DNA of 63,037 bases, the filler included, from Craspedostauros australis (Eukaryota), in the NCBI GenBank assembly GCA_030167865.1. It is 10 parts of 10 records of this genome, joined end to end, with 100 filler letters (N's around TTAATTAATTAA, not from the genome) between each part and the next. Parts side by side here need not be neighbours in the genome. Positions count along the whole stretch, not along the records: positions 34,734 to 44,653 come from JALAGF010003009.1; positions 44,754 to 48,116 come from JALAGF010003011.1; positions 48,217 to 49,356 come from JALAGF010003012.1; positions 49,457 to 52,474 come from JALAGF010003013.1; 6 more parts are not named here. One strand, given 5' to 3'. Shown in pieces: positions 37,025-49,907 of this stretch (positions are counted from its first letter, which is position 1; every line of letters begins with the position of its first letter). Both the position numbers and the translations under genes were made by a program. The notes under the pieces are model-generated. The model did not search any database and had not been told where the DNA came from. It saw nothing but the letters and a program-made list of their open reading frames with translations.

Positions 37025-39872
37025 CCACGGAGAATTTTCGCCGCGATAATGGAAACAATTTGCGTCAGGATGCAAGTTTTGGCCCTTTTCTGGAATTGTT
37101 GCACCCTGACGCAAATTCTGATTTTGTGTGGAGATTTAACACGACGAGAAAACGGCTGCGACTTGTTGGACTCACATCCACAAAACTCCCTCCTCTTGTG
37201 CGGACTTCCTTCGTCTTGTTTTCGCGTAGTGTGCAGTGTTCTCTGCACCAAGCACATACTCTAGAGGATGCTGTCATTTGCAGTCATAACAAGGATGCCA
37301 ACTCTAGTTTGTTGGTACCATACCAGTAATAGCACAACTACGATGGCATAAACATGGCATTTTCTTTGCCTATCCAGTGTCTTCATGTCTTCTCGACTAC
37401 TTGTATTTCTTCATATGTTGATAGGACCTGCGGTCCATTCCGTTCTTACTTCACTTCATCCTGTGCCTCTCCAGGCAGCTTCACATAGCCACAGTGTCTC
37501 GTTCATTCCTTTTGAGGTGAGATGTGCGTCTTGGTTTGTGTCTGCATCTCTGTTGCTTCCTTTTTCTGTTAGGTTCCAACCTTAATAGATGTTCCCATCG
37601 AATCAACGTCGCCATCTATGCGCTTATCTCTCAAGTAAAGATTGCTTGCTTCATTGAGAAACATGAATGTTAATGTACTAACATAAATAAGAAGATGCAC
37701 GTATTTGATAGCAGGGCGGCAATCAGATTCACCCAGATTGTGGCAACACGCATGACCGCCGCGAATGCAGTCGCCTTCCCACACATCAGTTTCTGTCGAC
37801 CAAAGGGAGCTCACTTGACAACAGTGTGGGTACATGTATATATGTAACTCAAGGACTAAGCTGATTAGTGTTGCACAGCCTGCATCGTAGGCGCTTTTAT
37901 GCCGCTCGCTTTGATCTCGTGTTGGGCACGAGGCAGAACAGCTATCGAGTCGATATGCATATGCGTACAGCAGAAATCGACGCCTGTCTCCAGCACCCTA
38001 TCTCTGCCCCCGCATTCGTGTTGTGCATATGTACCATCGAAATGAACTCATTTGGTTGGCCCAGCTACCATCTATTGCAGAGCCAGTTGTGTACTTTGGT
38101 TGGAACTTGCTTGTCAGGAACACGAAGCACTTGGTGCAGTTGTCCCACCCAAATTGCTACAGTCCCAATGTCTGTGACATCCTCTCCTGTCATCTGTAGT
38201 CTTTCCCGCGCCACTGTATTGGCTTCTTCCTGTATGCTCGCTCCATATTCTCTCACGACTTGCTTCATGTCAGCCTCTGGACCTTCCTCGCTGTGGTGCA
38301 TTGCCTGGTTGCGTTGACGCCTGTTCTCCCATGCTGTTTCCAAAGCTTGTGTAAAGCTTGTGCCGCCCACTTGGCTGCCAAAAGCCTGCACCCCATTTGA
38401 TTGTAGTTGTTTGTCTGAAGCCTCATCCATGATGTTGCGATAACACCCTTCACTAACTGGTTCCATCCGATCTCTTGCTGGCCGTCCGTCAGTGTAGTTT
38501 CGATGTTGTTGGCTCAAATGCACACAACAGGCCCCTGTCCTTGAGTACACTGCTTGGCATTGTGCAGCATAAGCTTTGTGATGGCCGGATGTGTTGACAT
38601 CTTTTGCATCGAGTTCCTCAGCCTTCGTCGCTGCGCCTCCCGCAGAGCCATCAACTCCTGCGACTGACACACCCACAGGTGATCAGGATGCTCCGGTTCG
38701 CCACACCTTGGACAGCTATCCGTTCTCCATGCCTTCCAACGCATCATGAGCGTACCCACTGCTGCCTGTCGCATTAACATCTTCATCGTGAGCACCCGTT
38801 GCGTGTCGGTGAGGTCATTCGCCGCCCTCCATTGCGCCTGTGTGTCAGCTTCGCCTCCATCTGCTTCCATTCCTCTCTCTTCGGACCTTGGCCATGGCCT
38901 CCTCCACCACTTTCCCAACAATGCTACCACATGTGATCCTCGACCTCCGGACACCGTTCCGTGCGACAAACTATGCGTGCTTTCCTATGTGATGGTGCGG
39001 GTACATGTACTGGAAAACAATATCTGCTTCTATTGTTTGTATGACTCATTTGGTCTCAGAATTGAACTCCGCACAGGAAGAACATCCGTGCCTTCATTGG
39101 TGCAAACTCTTGTGTGAGATCCTGTCTTGCGGCAGGGATGCGCCAAGTGTTTGGAAGCCCAAATCCGGTAAGCACAAGTGTGAGGACAAGTGGCAGATCA
39201 TTCCTTTGTATTTGCAGCAATATGGAATAAAAGAAGACCTTGTACTTGCATGAAAACCAAGATTGTTGATGATCAATGTACAGAGGCGAATTGTTGTGCA
39301 GAAGGCACGAACTATGTGCCCCAACCAGCTCTACAGATAACACGGAGCTGACGGGTGACAGAAAACACTCTTTGAACTAAGAAAGAGAAACATAGGCAGC
39401 AAAGCTCGCAAGGAGAGTGGTAGGTTCGCAACAGGAAGGAGGACGACGGAGCCCCATATGAACACATCTGGCTCCTTTCTTCCTCTACGCAAGTAAGAGA
39501 GTATGCAATAGGCAAAGAATGCGATTTACAACACATAAAGTCACTAGTGTATGCATTGCAACTTTGAGAGAGTTGTTTCAATACTATTGTTGCTGGATGT
39601 GGAGCGCAGATAAGATTTGTATCCATCAGTACAAAACAACACGGTAAAACACACAGTATTTGTCCAACAGCACAGGCGACAAATGACGACATTGAATGAT
39701 TTTTTCGACGAGTATTCGAGTGGGTCAGAACATTTTTCGCTCCGTGTTAATTCTTCGCGTTGAGTTTATTTTTTGCACCCTGATGCAACAAATTGAGAAT
39801 CTGTGGGTGACTTGCATCAGGATGCAAAAAATGGGCGTTTTTGCACCCTGACGCAAAAAAAATTCTCCGTGG
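37025..39872. mobile_element. Non-autonomous TIR DNA transposon with ATAT target duplication
   Basis: TIR CCACGGAGAATTTT / AAAATTCTCCGTGG. ATAT at 37021-37024 and 39873-39876. Subterminal TTGCA(C/T)CCTGA(C/T)GCAA repeats at both ends. Excision restores the host frame. Confidence 0.9.
38065..38969 (-). mobile_element. Degraded 3' fragment of a non-LTR retrotransposon (Ambal-like C-terminus)
   Basis: CPRCGEPEHPDHLWVC knuckle followed, across a stop and a frameshift, by QQEIGWNQLVKG...W...LW...W...RN..MH, typical of diatom LINE ORF2 ends. Confidence 0.78.
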
Positions 39873-42800
39873 ATATCGACCAAGATGTCGAGGATATCCC
39901 AGTGCCCGCTCTGGCCGTCGCCGTAGTTTTGGACTGTAAGATGCAATGGGGAGTTGCCCTCACTGTTTTGGACATTCACGTCCACGCCTGCGATCTCAAC
40001 CAAGTGACCCGCCATATCATCGTGTCCACCAGCGCATGCAAAGTGCAGCGGGGTGTGTCCGAGCGCATCTTGTAAGTTGACATTGGCATTTGGCAGCGTG
40101 AGCAGGCCTTTCACGACGTCAACGTGCCCACCAGCGGCGGCAGCGTGTATGAGTGTGCTTGCGTTACTGTACCTAGCATCAATTTGGAGGTCGGCTTGTG
40201 CGATGAGATATTCGATCACAGAAAGACGTCCGTAGGTGTAGGCAAGGAGCAGCGGTGTGCAGCCTCGTTGGTCTTGGATGTTGATATTAGCCTGTGCCTC
40301 TTCAACCAGATGTTTCACCACTTCAAGGCGCCCACCTGCGCACGCAAAGTGCAGCGGAGTTTGGCCAGCGGTGTTGAGGATGTTGACGCCGGTATTGGTC
40401 TGTCCCCTCAAGTATTGCACCACCTCAAGATGCCCTTTCATGCTCGCAAAATGCAATGGGGTTTGGCCAGCGCTGTTGGGAGCGTCGGTACGGGCTCTCC
40501 ACACATCCACCAGATACCGAATGCCATCAGCATGCGTGCAGTCTGCAGCGCACATGAGATGCAGTGGTGTATTGCCCTCGTTGTCCTGCTGATTGACGTC
40601 GAAGTCCTCTTCCGCCAGAAGGTGCTGGATGATGGCATGATGCTGCGCATCTCCATCATCCGAGAATGTTTGTTTGCTGCAGGCAATGTGCAACAGCGTT
40701 TGGCCAGCATTATTCCGAACATGCATTTGGCTGTCCTCCCTATCAGCCAGGTACTTGAACATCTCGAAGTGTCCGTCCTTGATGATGATGTGCAAAGGGG
40801 TGTTGCCGTCATTATCCGCGATATTGACATCCGCGTATGCTTCCACGAGCCCTTCGACGAGAACGTTGTATCCGCTCTCAGATGTGTACTGCTTGCATAC
40901 TTCCATCAGCGGCGTTTGATGATGGTGATTGGGGATGTTGACATCGATTTGTGGATGTTGCAAGAGCATGTTGAGTACCTCCACCCAATGGCTGTCGTCG
41001 AATCCCGGATCATGCTCTCGGCAGGCAAGATACAAGGGGGTATTCCCATCATTGTCTTGAGCGTTGATGTTGATATTGATGTTGGTGATGTCGATCAAGT
41101 ACCTTACGGTCTCGTGTCGTCCAAATCGTGCGGCGCAATGAAGTCCAGTTCTGCCATCCTTGGTCGTGAGACCAGGATTGAAGCCAGCAGACTCGATGAG
41201 ATGCTGAACGGTCTCTAATTGGCCATGGCAACACGCATCGTGCAACGGCGTGTTCTCATATTGTATGTTGATGCCGTCACCAAGCGGACCTGTCAAGTAC
41301 TCGACCACATCCTTGTGTCTGTGTTGGCAAGCGAGGTCAAGGGGAGTATGACCAAGCGCAGATTGGATGTTGATGAGGGAGTTGACAGCCTCCAGGTTGG
41401 ATTCCACGAAGAGTTTGACCACACGCATGTGGCCTTGCTGGCATACAATATGCAATGGCGTGCGTCCATCGTTGTTGGAGATGATCATGTCGACCGTAGC
41501 GCCCAATCCCATCAAATATTGAATCACCTCGATATTTCCAAACCAACAGGCGCGGTACAGGCCTGTCTCGCATTTATTGTTGCGGGCGTTGACATCGATG
41601 TTGGTCTTCTCTGATTCCACCAAACATTGAACGACGTTGCCTTGTGTAGAACTACAAGCATCATGGAATGGTGTGTTTCCATTGTTGATGTTTGCGACGT
41701 TGACACTGGCGTGGACGTTTGCCTGCCTTGATTGCACAATGCATTGCACCGCTTTGGCGTGTTGGTGTTGGCAAGCAACATGGAGTGCTGTGTCGCCATC
41801 TGAGTTACGAGCGGTGGCATCAATGTTGATCCGAGTAGACTTCACCAAGTACTCTACCACTCCCTCCTGGCCAAAGCGGCATGCCAGATGAAGTGGAGAG
41901 TCTCCATCGTCGTCTTGCATGTTTGGATCTACGTCGTTGCGATCCGATTCCATGAGGCACTTCAGCACAGCTTGACGACCATTGCCACATGCAAGATGGA
42001 TTGGTGTGCATCCGCTGTTGTTGCGGATGCTGAAATCGATTCTGCCGTCCAGATCCGACTTGATCATGCATTCAACGACGCGGAGTTTGCCGTGTCGACA
42101 TGCCAGATGGAGTGGCGAGTCGCCATCGGTGTTTGTGACGTTGAACTTGATGACGTCCTCACCAAATCCAACCATGAATGCGACGATGTCGTCTTGGCCG
42201 TACTGACACGCATAATGGAGCGGTGCGCAGCCAGTTTCGTCTTGCTTGTTGATGTCGATGTGAATCTGCTTGGATGGTATGAAACGATAGACGATGTTCG
42301 TCTGCCCATGTCGGCAGGCCGCATGCAGTGGTTTGTTTTGCTCGAAATCAATCCCGGCTCTATCTGATGTGACGAGATACTCGGCAAGATCCGCGTCCCC
42401 GTTCTTGCAAGCAGCCTCGAGCGGCCTGCGACCCTGATAGTTTCTGATGTTGAGATCAACGTTGGCTTGATCGGATTCCACCATGTATTCCACAACGTCC
42501 CTCTTTCGCTTGCGACAAGCAAGGTTAATTGGCGTGTCGCCGTTTTCGTCTTGGATGTTGACGTCAACGTCGGCTTGATCTGATTTGATGAGGTGTTCGA
42601 CAATGTCGATGTGACCGTTTCGACAGGCGTAGTGAAGCGGTGTGTATCCCTTGTTGTTCTGGGTGTTGGCATCAACAGGTTGTCTGTCGTTGCATTCGAA
42701 CATGTATTGGATCAAGTCCTGGACCGCATTCACCTGTCCGTGGCGACAGGCGACGTGCAGCGGCGTGTTCCCGTTGTTGTTTGCGGCGTTGACGTCCATC

Positions 42801-44753
42801 TTCTCTTGATGATCCTTCAGCATGCGATCGATCACATGTCTCTTGCCATGCCGGCATGCAACATGCAGTGGTGTGTTTCCGTTGCTGTTGGGTGCGTTGC
42901 CACCGCCACCGCCGTTGCCGTTGCCTTGATCGAGCTCAAGCAAGAAGTCGGCAACGCCATCGTGCCCCCGGCGACAGGCACTGTGAAGCGGCGTATTCTT
43001 GTTCTTGTTCTTGTTCTCCGCTTTGGTGTCAACGTTGAGTTGTTGCGAATTCGCCAAATACCTGACGAGATCTTCCTGTCCGGATACGCAGGCGACGTGG
43101 AATGGCGTGTTTCCGTATGTGTTGCGGACCTCGAGTTCACTTTGGCTATCTGTGACGTTGCCATGTATTCCACCGCGTCCTTGTGTCCGCGCCGGCAAGC
43201 GAGATGAAGCGGCGTGTCTTTATCGTAGTTTTGGGCGTTTGCGTTGATCTTGGTTGGTTCTGATTCGACCAGTCGCTTCAGCACACCCGTTTGCCCACGC
43301 CAACAAGCGTCATGCAAAGGCGTATTGCCTCTGTTGTTGGTGACGTTGACATCGACGTCAGTTCGTTGTCGCTTCCTTGCCAACAGAAGTTCGATGTCGT
43401 CTTCGTCCCCGTGCCTGCAACCCAGATGGAGGGGCGTATCTCCATCCGTGTTCTTGATGGAAAGATCCATCTTGTTGCCCACACTTTTGGATTGCAGCAT
43501 GTAGTTGATCACATCTGTGTGCCCCTTCTGGCAGGCGTAGTGAAACGCGGTGAATCCCTTCTTGTTCTTGGCGTTGACATGAACTAAGATGTTGGTGGAT
43601 TTGGCGAGGGCGCGCACCACGTCCAGAAGTCCTGATAGACAGGCAAGGTGGAGCGCGGTGTTTGTCCTATCTTTGCCAGCGAACGACGTGTGTCCTTCCT
43701 GGTTGGCCAGGTAGGATGCGACCAAAGAACGGATCCACTCCTCGTCACGTTCTGCTGAAACGTGACCAAGCGGCGTCTTGCCAAGGTGGTCCTTGGTGTC
43801 GAAATTGGCATGGAAATGGCTGTCGCTGTGGTTGAGGTGCAGGAAGTACTCAACCACATCCGTGTGTCGCTTTCGACACGCGTAATGCAGCGGCGTCCAA
43901 CCGTTGTTGTTCTGCATATTGATGTCGATGTCGATGTCGATGCTGGTGGCTGTGTTGGTTGTGCTGTCGTTGTGGATGGATTGAATCAACGTATTGACCA
44001 CGTCCCTGTAGCCCTTGCGGCAGGCCAGGTGGAGGGGTGTGTTGCCGTCGTTGTTTCGAATGTTGATGCATACATTGCCTGCGTCCACCCCCAGCAAACG
44101 CCAGATGATGCCTCTACGCCGAAATTCGCAAGCCACATGCAGTGGAGTGTTGCCCCTTTCGTCTAGAGCGCTGATCTTCTCGATGGACCCATCCGCCGTG
44201 ATCAATTCTTGCACTCTCGCTACGTCGCCAGCACGGCAAACATCGTGAAGCTCCATGTTGTGTCTGAGCTGTTGGTCCTGCATGTTGGATGCGAAAGAGA
44301 AACCATGGGCGAGAGAAACAAAATGTAAAGGACACTCGGATGAGGACGATGAGCAAACGCGGCCGCTGTTTGAATCATGCCCAGCTCACAGAAGCCTCAA
44401 CAGGGACTCGGACAGCATGCGACCATACCATCCATCAACGTGATCGTTTCCTTTCGCATTCCCCAATTCAGACAGCCACATCATGCATGGAAGCCACAGC
44501 AAAACGAGACACTAGCGGCTATTGGCTAATTTCCGGTTGTTGGCACTTTTTGGTAATTATTGGAAACCATTGTGGGATTATTCCAGTGACTCAATTTTAA
44601 GGCACGGGAATTTCCCGATCGTGTCGGAAGCAAATCTTCGATCATGATGAATTNNNNNNNNNNNNNNNNNNNNNNNNNNNNNNNNNNNNNNNNNNNNTTA
44701 ATTAATTAANNNNNNNNNNNNNNNNNNNNNNNNNNNNNNNNNNNNNNNNNNNN

Positions 44754-46547
44754 AGTTGCCGTTGTTGCGGTTGCCATTGCCGCGGTTGCCGTTCTTCTTG
44801 GCGCCACCGCCTTGCTTGCCGTTGCCGCTCTTGGTTGGGGAGCGACAGTCCGCCTTCTTGTGCCCGTAGACGCCACAGTTGCGACAGTTGCCCTTGAACC
44901 CGCCGATCGCGGCCAAGGCCATCTCTTCCTTGCCATGGTTGCCTCCTTCGCGCTTAGAACCATGTTTGGTATGGTGGCGGTCGTAGGTGAGGCACACGGC
45001 CTCGCGGATGTCNNNNNNNNNNNNNNNNNNNNNNNNNNNNNNNNNNNNNNNNNNNNNNNNNNNNNNNNNNNNNNNNNNNNNNNNNNNNAGAGCGTTGAGC
45101 ACAAGCATGTTGTATTGCTCGGCGTCCATCTTCACGCCAGCACTCTCCAAACGGTTGCGGAGCACCTCCATGTCGGTGAGAAACGAATCAGGGCGCTCGC
45201 CCTTCTTCAACCGCATTCCATTGAGTTGAGCCAACAACTGCGCCTTCACTGGTGCAGTACGTTGCTCGTAGATGCACTCGAGCGCCTTCCACGCCTTGCG
45301 TGGGTCACCTGCCTCGTAGGTACCGCTCTTGCATCCCAGCACAGCCATGAAGGCAACATTGCCTTCCGGAGTTTCATGGTTAATCGCCATGGTCAGTTCT
45401 TCAAACACGTACTTCGCCAACGCCTTACGGTACTCAGCCTTCTCCTTGTAGGTCATGGCTGACACCTTCTTGGGTTCCCCCGTACCCGAGTCTCCGCCCG
45501 TCGTCGGGGCAAGGCCGGATGGTCCGAGAGGTTCATCCTTCACCACCACGGCATCCGCAGCTTGGAGGTAAAAGTTCCCGTAGCCCTTGCGTTCAGCGCG
45601 GGTGAGGAACTTAGCGCTCCATGCGTTCCAAGAGGACTTCTTTCCGTCGAACACGATGGGGTAACGATCGGACTTGCCAAAGAGGGAGCTCATGATGATG
45701 GTGGTGGTGAGGGTGATGGCGAGTGTTGCTGTGCTGATGGTAGTAGAAACGTAGGATTTCAATCGTAACGTTTCGAAACGTGTTGGAAATCCGGGGTTAT
45801 AGATATAGTCTAATGCTTATTAAACTGTACTGTTTTAGAACTGTGAGAACAACACACTCATTTCTCAAATCGTCGACTCGTTTGCCCATGATGATGTTGA
45901 TGGCCTCCTGTAGATGCCCCTCACAATCATCATTGCAATCTCTCTCTGTCATACCCATTTCATTGCTCGTCTGCTGAGATATCGGTCTACACTCCTGAGG
46001 TGCATACATGCTGATGCTTGATTCACTCTCTTCTCATCAGGCATCCATCACTCATTCAGTACACTCTTCTGTGTTGTTCACTCACTCCTCTCACATGCTC
46101 GCCGACAATCACACTTGCTCAGAACATGGAGTTCTGGCACGATCAGTCCAGTCCTTCGATGTTGTTCCAGTCCACACTTTGTTCTCCTTCGCTGGTTCTC
46201 TATCGGTCACGTAATCATGTTCTGGGTTCCGAGCGATTCAATCCGTGATTGCGTTCTTGCATAGATGTTTCAAGTTAACCGGTCAACCCTCATGCTTGGA
46301 ACACTTCGGTGTTCCAGTCTCCTTTTTCACATCCATCGTTCGCCATACCAGTTCGTAAATCCACTCAAACCATGTCTCACGATTAGTCTGTCCGTCGTCC
46401 GTCATACTCTTGACACACAGAGGAGGAGGTCCACAATAGACTTGGGAGNGTGTCCGACTTTGNTAGATCGGTGAGTCTAATTTTGGTATTATGGGAGGTG
46501 CGGCAATCTAGGATAATACGACATAGTCGCACCCTCGATTCCTGACA
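44754..46547 (-). mobile_element. Copia family B 5' end: ~767-bp LTR (46547-45781) and gag (ATG 45693 to gap)
   Basis: LTR termini TGTCAGGAATC.../...GATTTCCAACA. Gag motifs FDGKKSSWNAWSAKF, GDPRKAWKAL and the knuckle CRNCGVYGHKKADC. Confidence 0.88.
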
Positions 46548-47111
46548 TGAGTTTGGATTATGAGAACATGATCTCATCATTCTAAACATGGTGCCTATTG
46601 CACGAGTTTCTAATGTGCTGCTCGATTACCTCGTGGTTTATCTCGCAGTCTTTCCTAAAACATTGCCCAAGATGGCATGTTGATTTACACGATATCNNNN
46701 NNNNNNNNNNNNNNNNNNNNNNNNNNNNNNNNNNNNNNNNNNNNNNNNNNNNNNNNNNNNNNNNNNNNNATATGGATTGATCCGTCTACGTCGACGAGGT
46801 GCATGCATCACCTCTGACGATGTTGTTCTGGATCCTAAATGTTGTTGCCACGTGCTCAATGATGCACTCGGCTTTGCTGGACAGGTCAGCATACCATGAC
46901 TAAAATATAATCTCGATTCCGAGGATCACAGTGACCGATCCTCTGACGTCATACAATGATGTCAGTGCCTACGTCAGGTTCGATGACTGTAGTGACTGAA
47001 TCTCAATCGTGTAATCAAGACTCACTCGACTATACTCTCAAATCGAGTCGAATCAAAAAATAGTGAATCACGTTTCAGTCATGGGAGATGGGTACCTAAT
47101 TTCAATCTAGA

Positions 47112-47544
47112 TGTTGATAGACTCATAGTCGGAGACTGAATCTACGAAACAGATTGAAGCGCCAAGAGCATCGGGCAAGAGAACTGGCGTACACCGAGAG
47201 GATCGGAGTAGCCAAGTAATGAAATAGCAAACGAACGACTATCAACCAATACCATCTTCCACGATCGTAGGCTTCCGTGAGCGGAACTTGCCAACACACG
47301 AGCACACGATATTGAGAGAGAGAGAGAGAGAGAACACGACGAGCAGCGAGAGAGTATCTCGCTCACCGACTCATAGTCGGAGACTGAATCTACAAAACAG
47401 ATTGAAGCGCCGAGAGCATCGGACAAGAGAACTGGCGTACACCGAGAGGATCGGAGTAGCCAAGTAATGAAATAGCAAACAAACGACTATCAACCAATAC
47501 CATCTTCCACGATCGTAGGCTTCCAATCACGGAACTTGCCAACA
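47112..47544 (+). repeat. Rearranged family A LTR: 5' tip fused to two tandem 3' segments
   Basis: TGTTGATAG (LTR 5' tip) is joined to an internal LTR position. The two segments end in CTTGCCAACA at 47296 and 47544. Confidence 0.85.
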
Positions 47545-47684
47545 CTCCTGTTCTGCGTTTGGCGAGGTTCTTATACTGTCAGAGGACAGGCTACCCTTTC
47601 TTCATTGTAGGACAGAGATCAATCACGTTCGTCTGTAATCATGGCTGTGACGAATAATATCCAAAGGTGTGACGAATAATATCG

Positions 47685-47738
47685 GGTGGTGCGGCAATCA
47701 TGGATATCTTGACAAAGTCGTACCCTCGATTCCTAACA
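47685..47738 (-). repeat. Terminus of a family B-related LTR
   Basis: GGTGCGGCAATC..GGATA...GACA.AGTCG.ACCCTCGATTCCT.ACA matches 46494-46547. Confidence 0.65.
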
Positions 47739-48215
47739 TGGATGCTGGTGCTGGACATGGAAATAGAAAGGTAAAATATGATTACAGCAAAAATAGAGGG
47801 CAAAAGAAGTCCGGTTGTGTCCGGCTTTGCCTTCCAGTGTCGGACTTTGGCAGGTCAAAAGGGGAAGTGAAACTGCCAACGTCAGCGCGGTTAAACGTAG
47901 TGTGACCACGAACGTAGATGAGACGATTGAGAATGTGTTTTGAGTTGATTTGGTGGTTGTAAAGCTTGAGTTTTGTAAGATTGTTGTTTTTATGAGATTG
48001 TTTTGATTGAAGGTTGGAGAGGAAAACGAGATGGGCTGGTCATCACACTGCTCTGCTGTTGGTTGTCGCTGTTCATGGTCTTGTACATTTGAAAAATTGC
48101 TCCACAATCCCCAGGCNNNNNNNNNNNNNNNNNNNNNNNNNNNNNNNNNNNNNNNNNNNNTTAATTAATTAANNNNNNNNNNNNNNNNNNNNNNNNNNNN
48201 NNNNNNNNNNNNNNN

Positions 48216-49356
48216 NCAGCAAGCCCAAGTTCAATGGGGAGTGTAAGTACTGCGGTAAGAAGGGACACAAGATCCTACAGTGCTTCAAGCTGAAGGCAGC
48301 TATGAAGGAGGCAGACTCGGCCAATGTGGCGACTGATGGGATGGAAGGAAATAACGACGTGGCTCTTGTAATGACAGACGAGCTAATTTGTGTGCCCACC
48401 TTGGGAAACACGAACGAATTGGAAAATGTGACCAACTTGTCTGTGAACACAGGCGAAGCGAAAACACGTGACAACGACAGCAATTACCAAGCTGACTCCA
48501 AGGTAATGGAAGACGTCGCCTTTGCCGCCATCGTCGAACAGACTGACACATCTCCCATTCTTTCCTTGAGACCACACAACGTCAACAACAAGATGAGCAA
48601 CTCCAACCGAGGACAGGAGTCCTACTACGACGCAAGCCTCACCAACGAAGGGGCCACGGACACCGAAGATGTTGATGATGACATGGGCGGAGCCGACCAA
48701 GAGGGAACGGCCCGCCGCCCGGTGTACAACTTCGCTCCTGAGCTCTCTCGTGTGGACCGCATGATTGAGAACTCTTCACAACTCACCACCAACACAGCGT
48801 GGTGCCCTCTGTGCCTCAAGCGAGGACCACTCTACGCATGGTGCGTGGAATGCCCGGAGGTTCCCTTCTTCATCCAACTCCACACCAACCCAAGCGGAGA
48901 CGTGCCTACCAACGACGAGGAACGCGCAGAACGCCGCGCCATACTCGCANGAGCTGGTTCCCTCCGCCACGCTATCCGAGCGTCGCTGAGCAACGTGCTC
49001 CCGGCCAATGATGTGCGATCTGAACTGGCCTTATTGTGTTACGATGCTGTGGATACCCACACAGGGGACCACACTCCACAAATTGAGCCGCGCTCCGTGT
49101 ACTTCAAGCTACATGAGATAGGAATGATCAACACGGTGAGCGTCTGTCGCAACCCCTGCAACATCAACAACAGTTTGGAGTCTCGCCACCTCCAACCTTT
49201 CCCCAGCGACCTGCTCTCGTGCATGACTCTCCACGCTACGCACTCCATCCTTTGGATGTATCATGAAAGCGACAAGGGGGTTCGAGACTCAAGGGCGGAG
49301 CTCTCGGTGTTACCGCTCTTCTCGGAACACGGTGAAGACCACGAGGTGGCTATGGT
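48216..49356 (+). mobile_element. Copia polyprotein fragment (Gag knuckle to pre-protease spacer); could be a third family or the downstream part of family B
   Basis: KFNGECKYCGKKGHKILQC knuckle, acidic spacer, a CxxC-X9-CxxC motif, and a helical domain weakly similar to the family A spacer domain. Confidence 0.7.
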
Positions 49357-49456
49357 NNNNNNNNNNNNNNNNNNNNNNNNNNNNNNNNNNNNNNNNNNNN
49401 TTAATTAATTAANNNNNNNNNNNNNNNNNNNNNNNNNNNNNNNNNNNNNNNNNNNN

Positions 49457-49907
49457 GGGAGGAGGGGGAACTACACCATTCCAACTACAGGAGGATGGCA
49501 CAAGTCCCATGAAATGGCTGACTTGTGGGGGAGGAGGGGGGAGTCAACACCAAATGAACTATCTGTCAACACCATTCCAACTACAGGAGGATGGCACAAG
49601 TCCCATGAAATGGCTGACTTGTGGGGGAGGAGGGGGAACTACACCATTCCAACTACAGGAGGATGGCACAAGTCCCATGAAATGGCTGACTTGTGGGGGA
49701 GGAGGGGGAAGTCAACACCATCAACTGTGATACTCACACATCCACGTGCTCACACACACACACNNNNNNNNNNNNNNNGTACAACCAGCCACAACACACG
49801 ACAACACGTGAGACGGCGATGCAACGCTCAACACCAAATGAACTATCTGTCAACACCATTCCAACTACTGGAGGATGGCACAAGTCCCATGAAATGGCTG
49901 ACTTGTG
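49457..49907 (+). repeat. Four copies of a 55-bp hairpin-containing unit
   Basis: Copies at 49473-49527, 49569-49623, 49641-49695 and 49853-49907. The first three are followed by GGGGAGGAGGGGG. Confidence 0.92.

Larger units (their letters stand above)
36315..44283 (-). pseudogene. Giant all-ankyrin-repeat gene (~1,590 aa reconstructed), disrupted by one frameshift and two insertions
   Basis: Roughly 40 GxTPLHxAC repeats. One base is missing near 43135. Removing 37025-39872 and 36615-36971 with one TSD copy each restores the in-frame sequence ...ILVDMHQTDPNLTNMRDETPLFIASTMFVTGND...GNTPLH. Confidence 0.92.

Noticed and set aside
40124..43207. Long plus-strand ORFs opposite the ankyrin gene
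   Set aside because: Antisense shadows of a codon-biased repeat gene.
49457..49907. CRISPR array
   Set aside because: Inter-repeat sequences are themselves repeated, there are no cas genes, and the context is eukaryotic.
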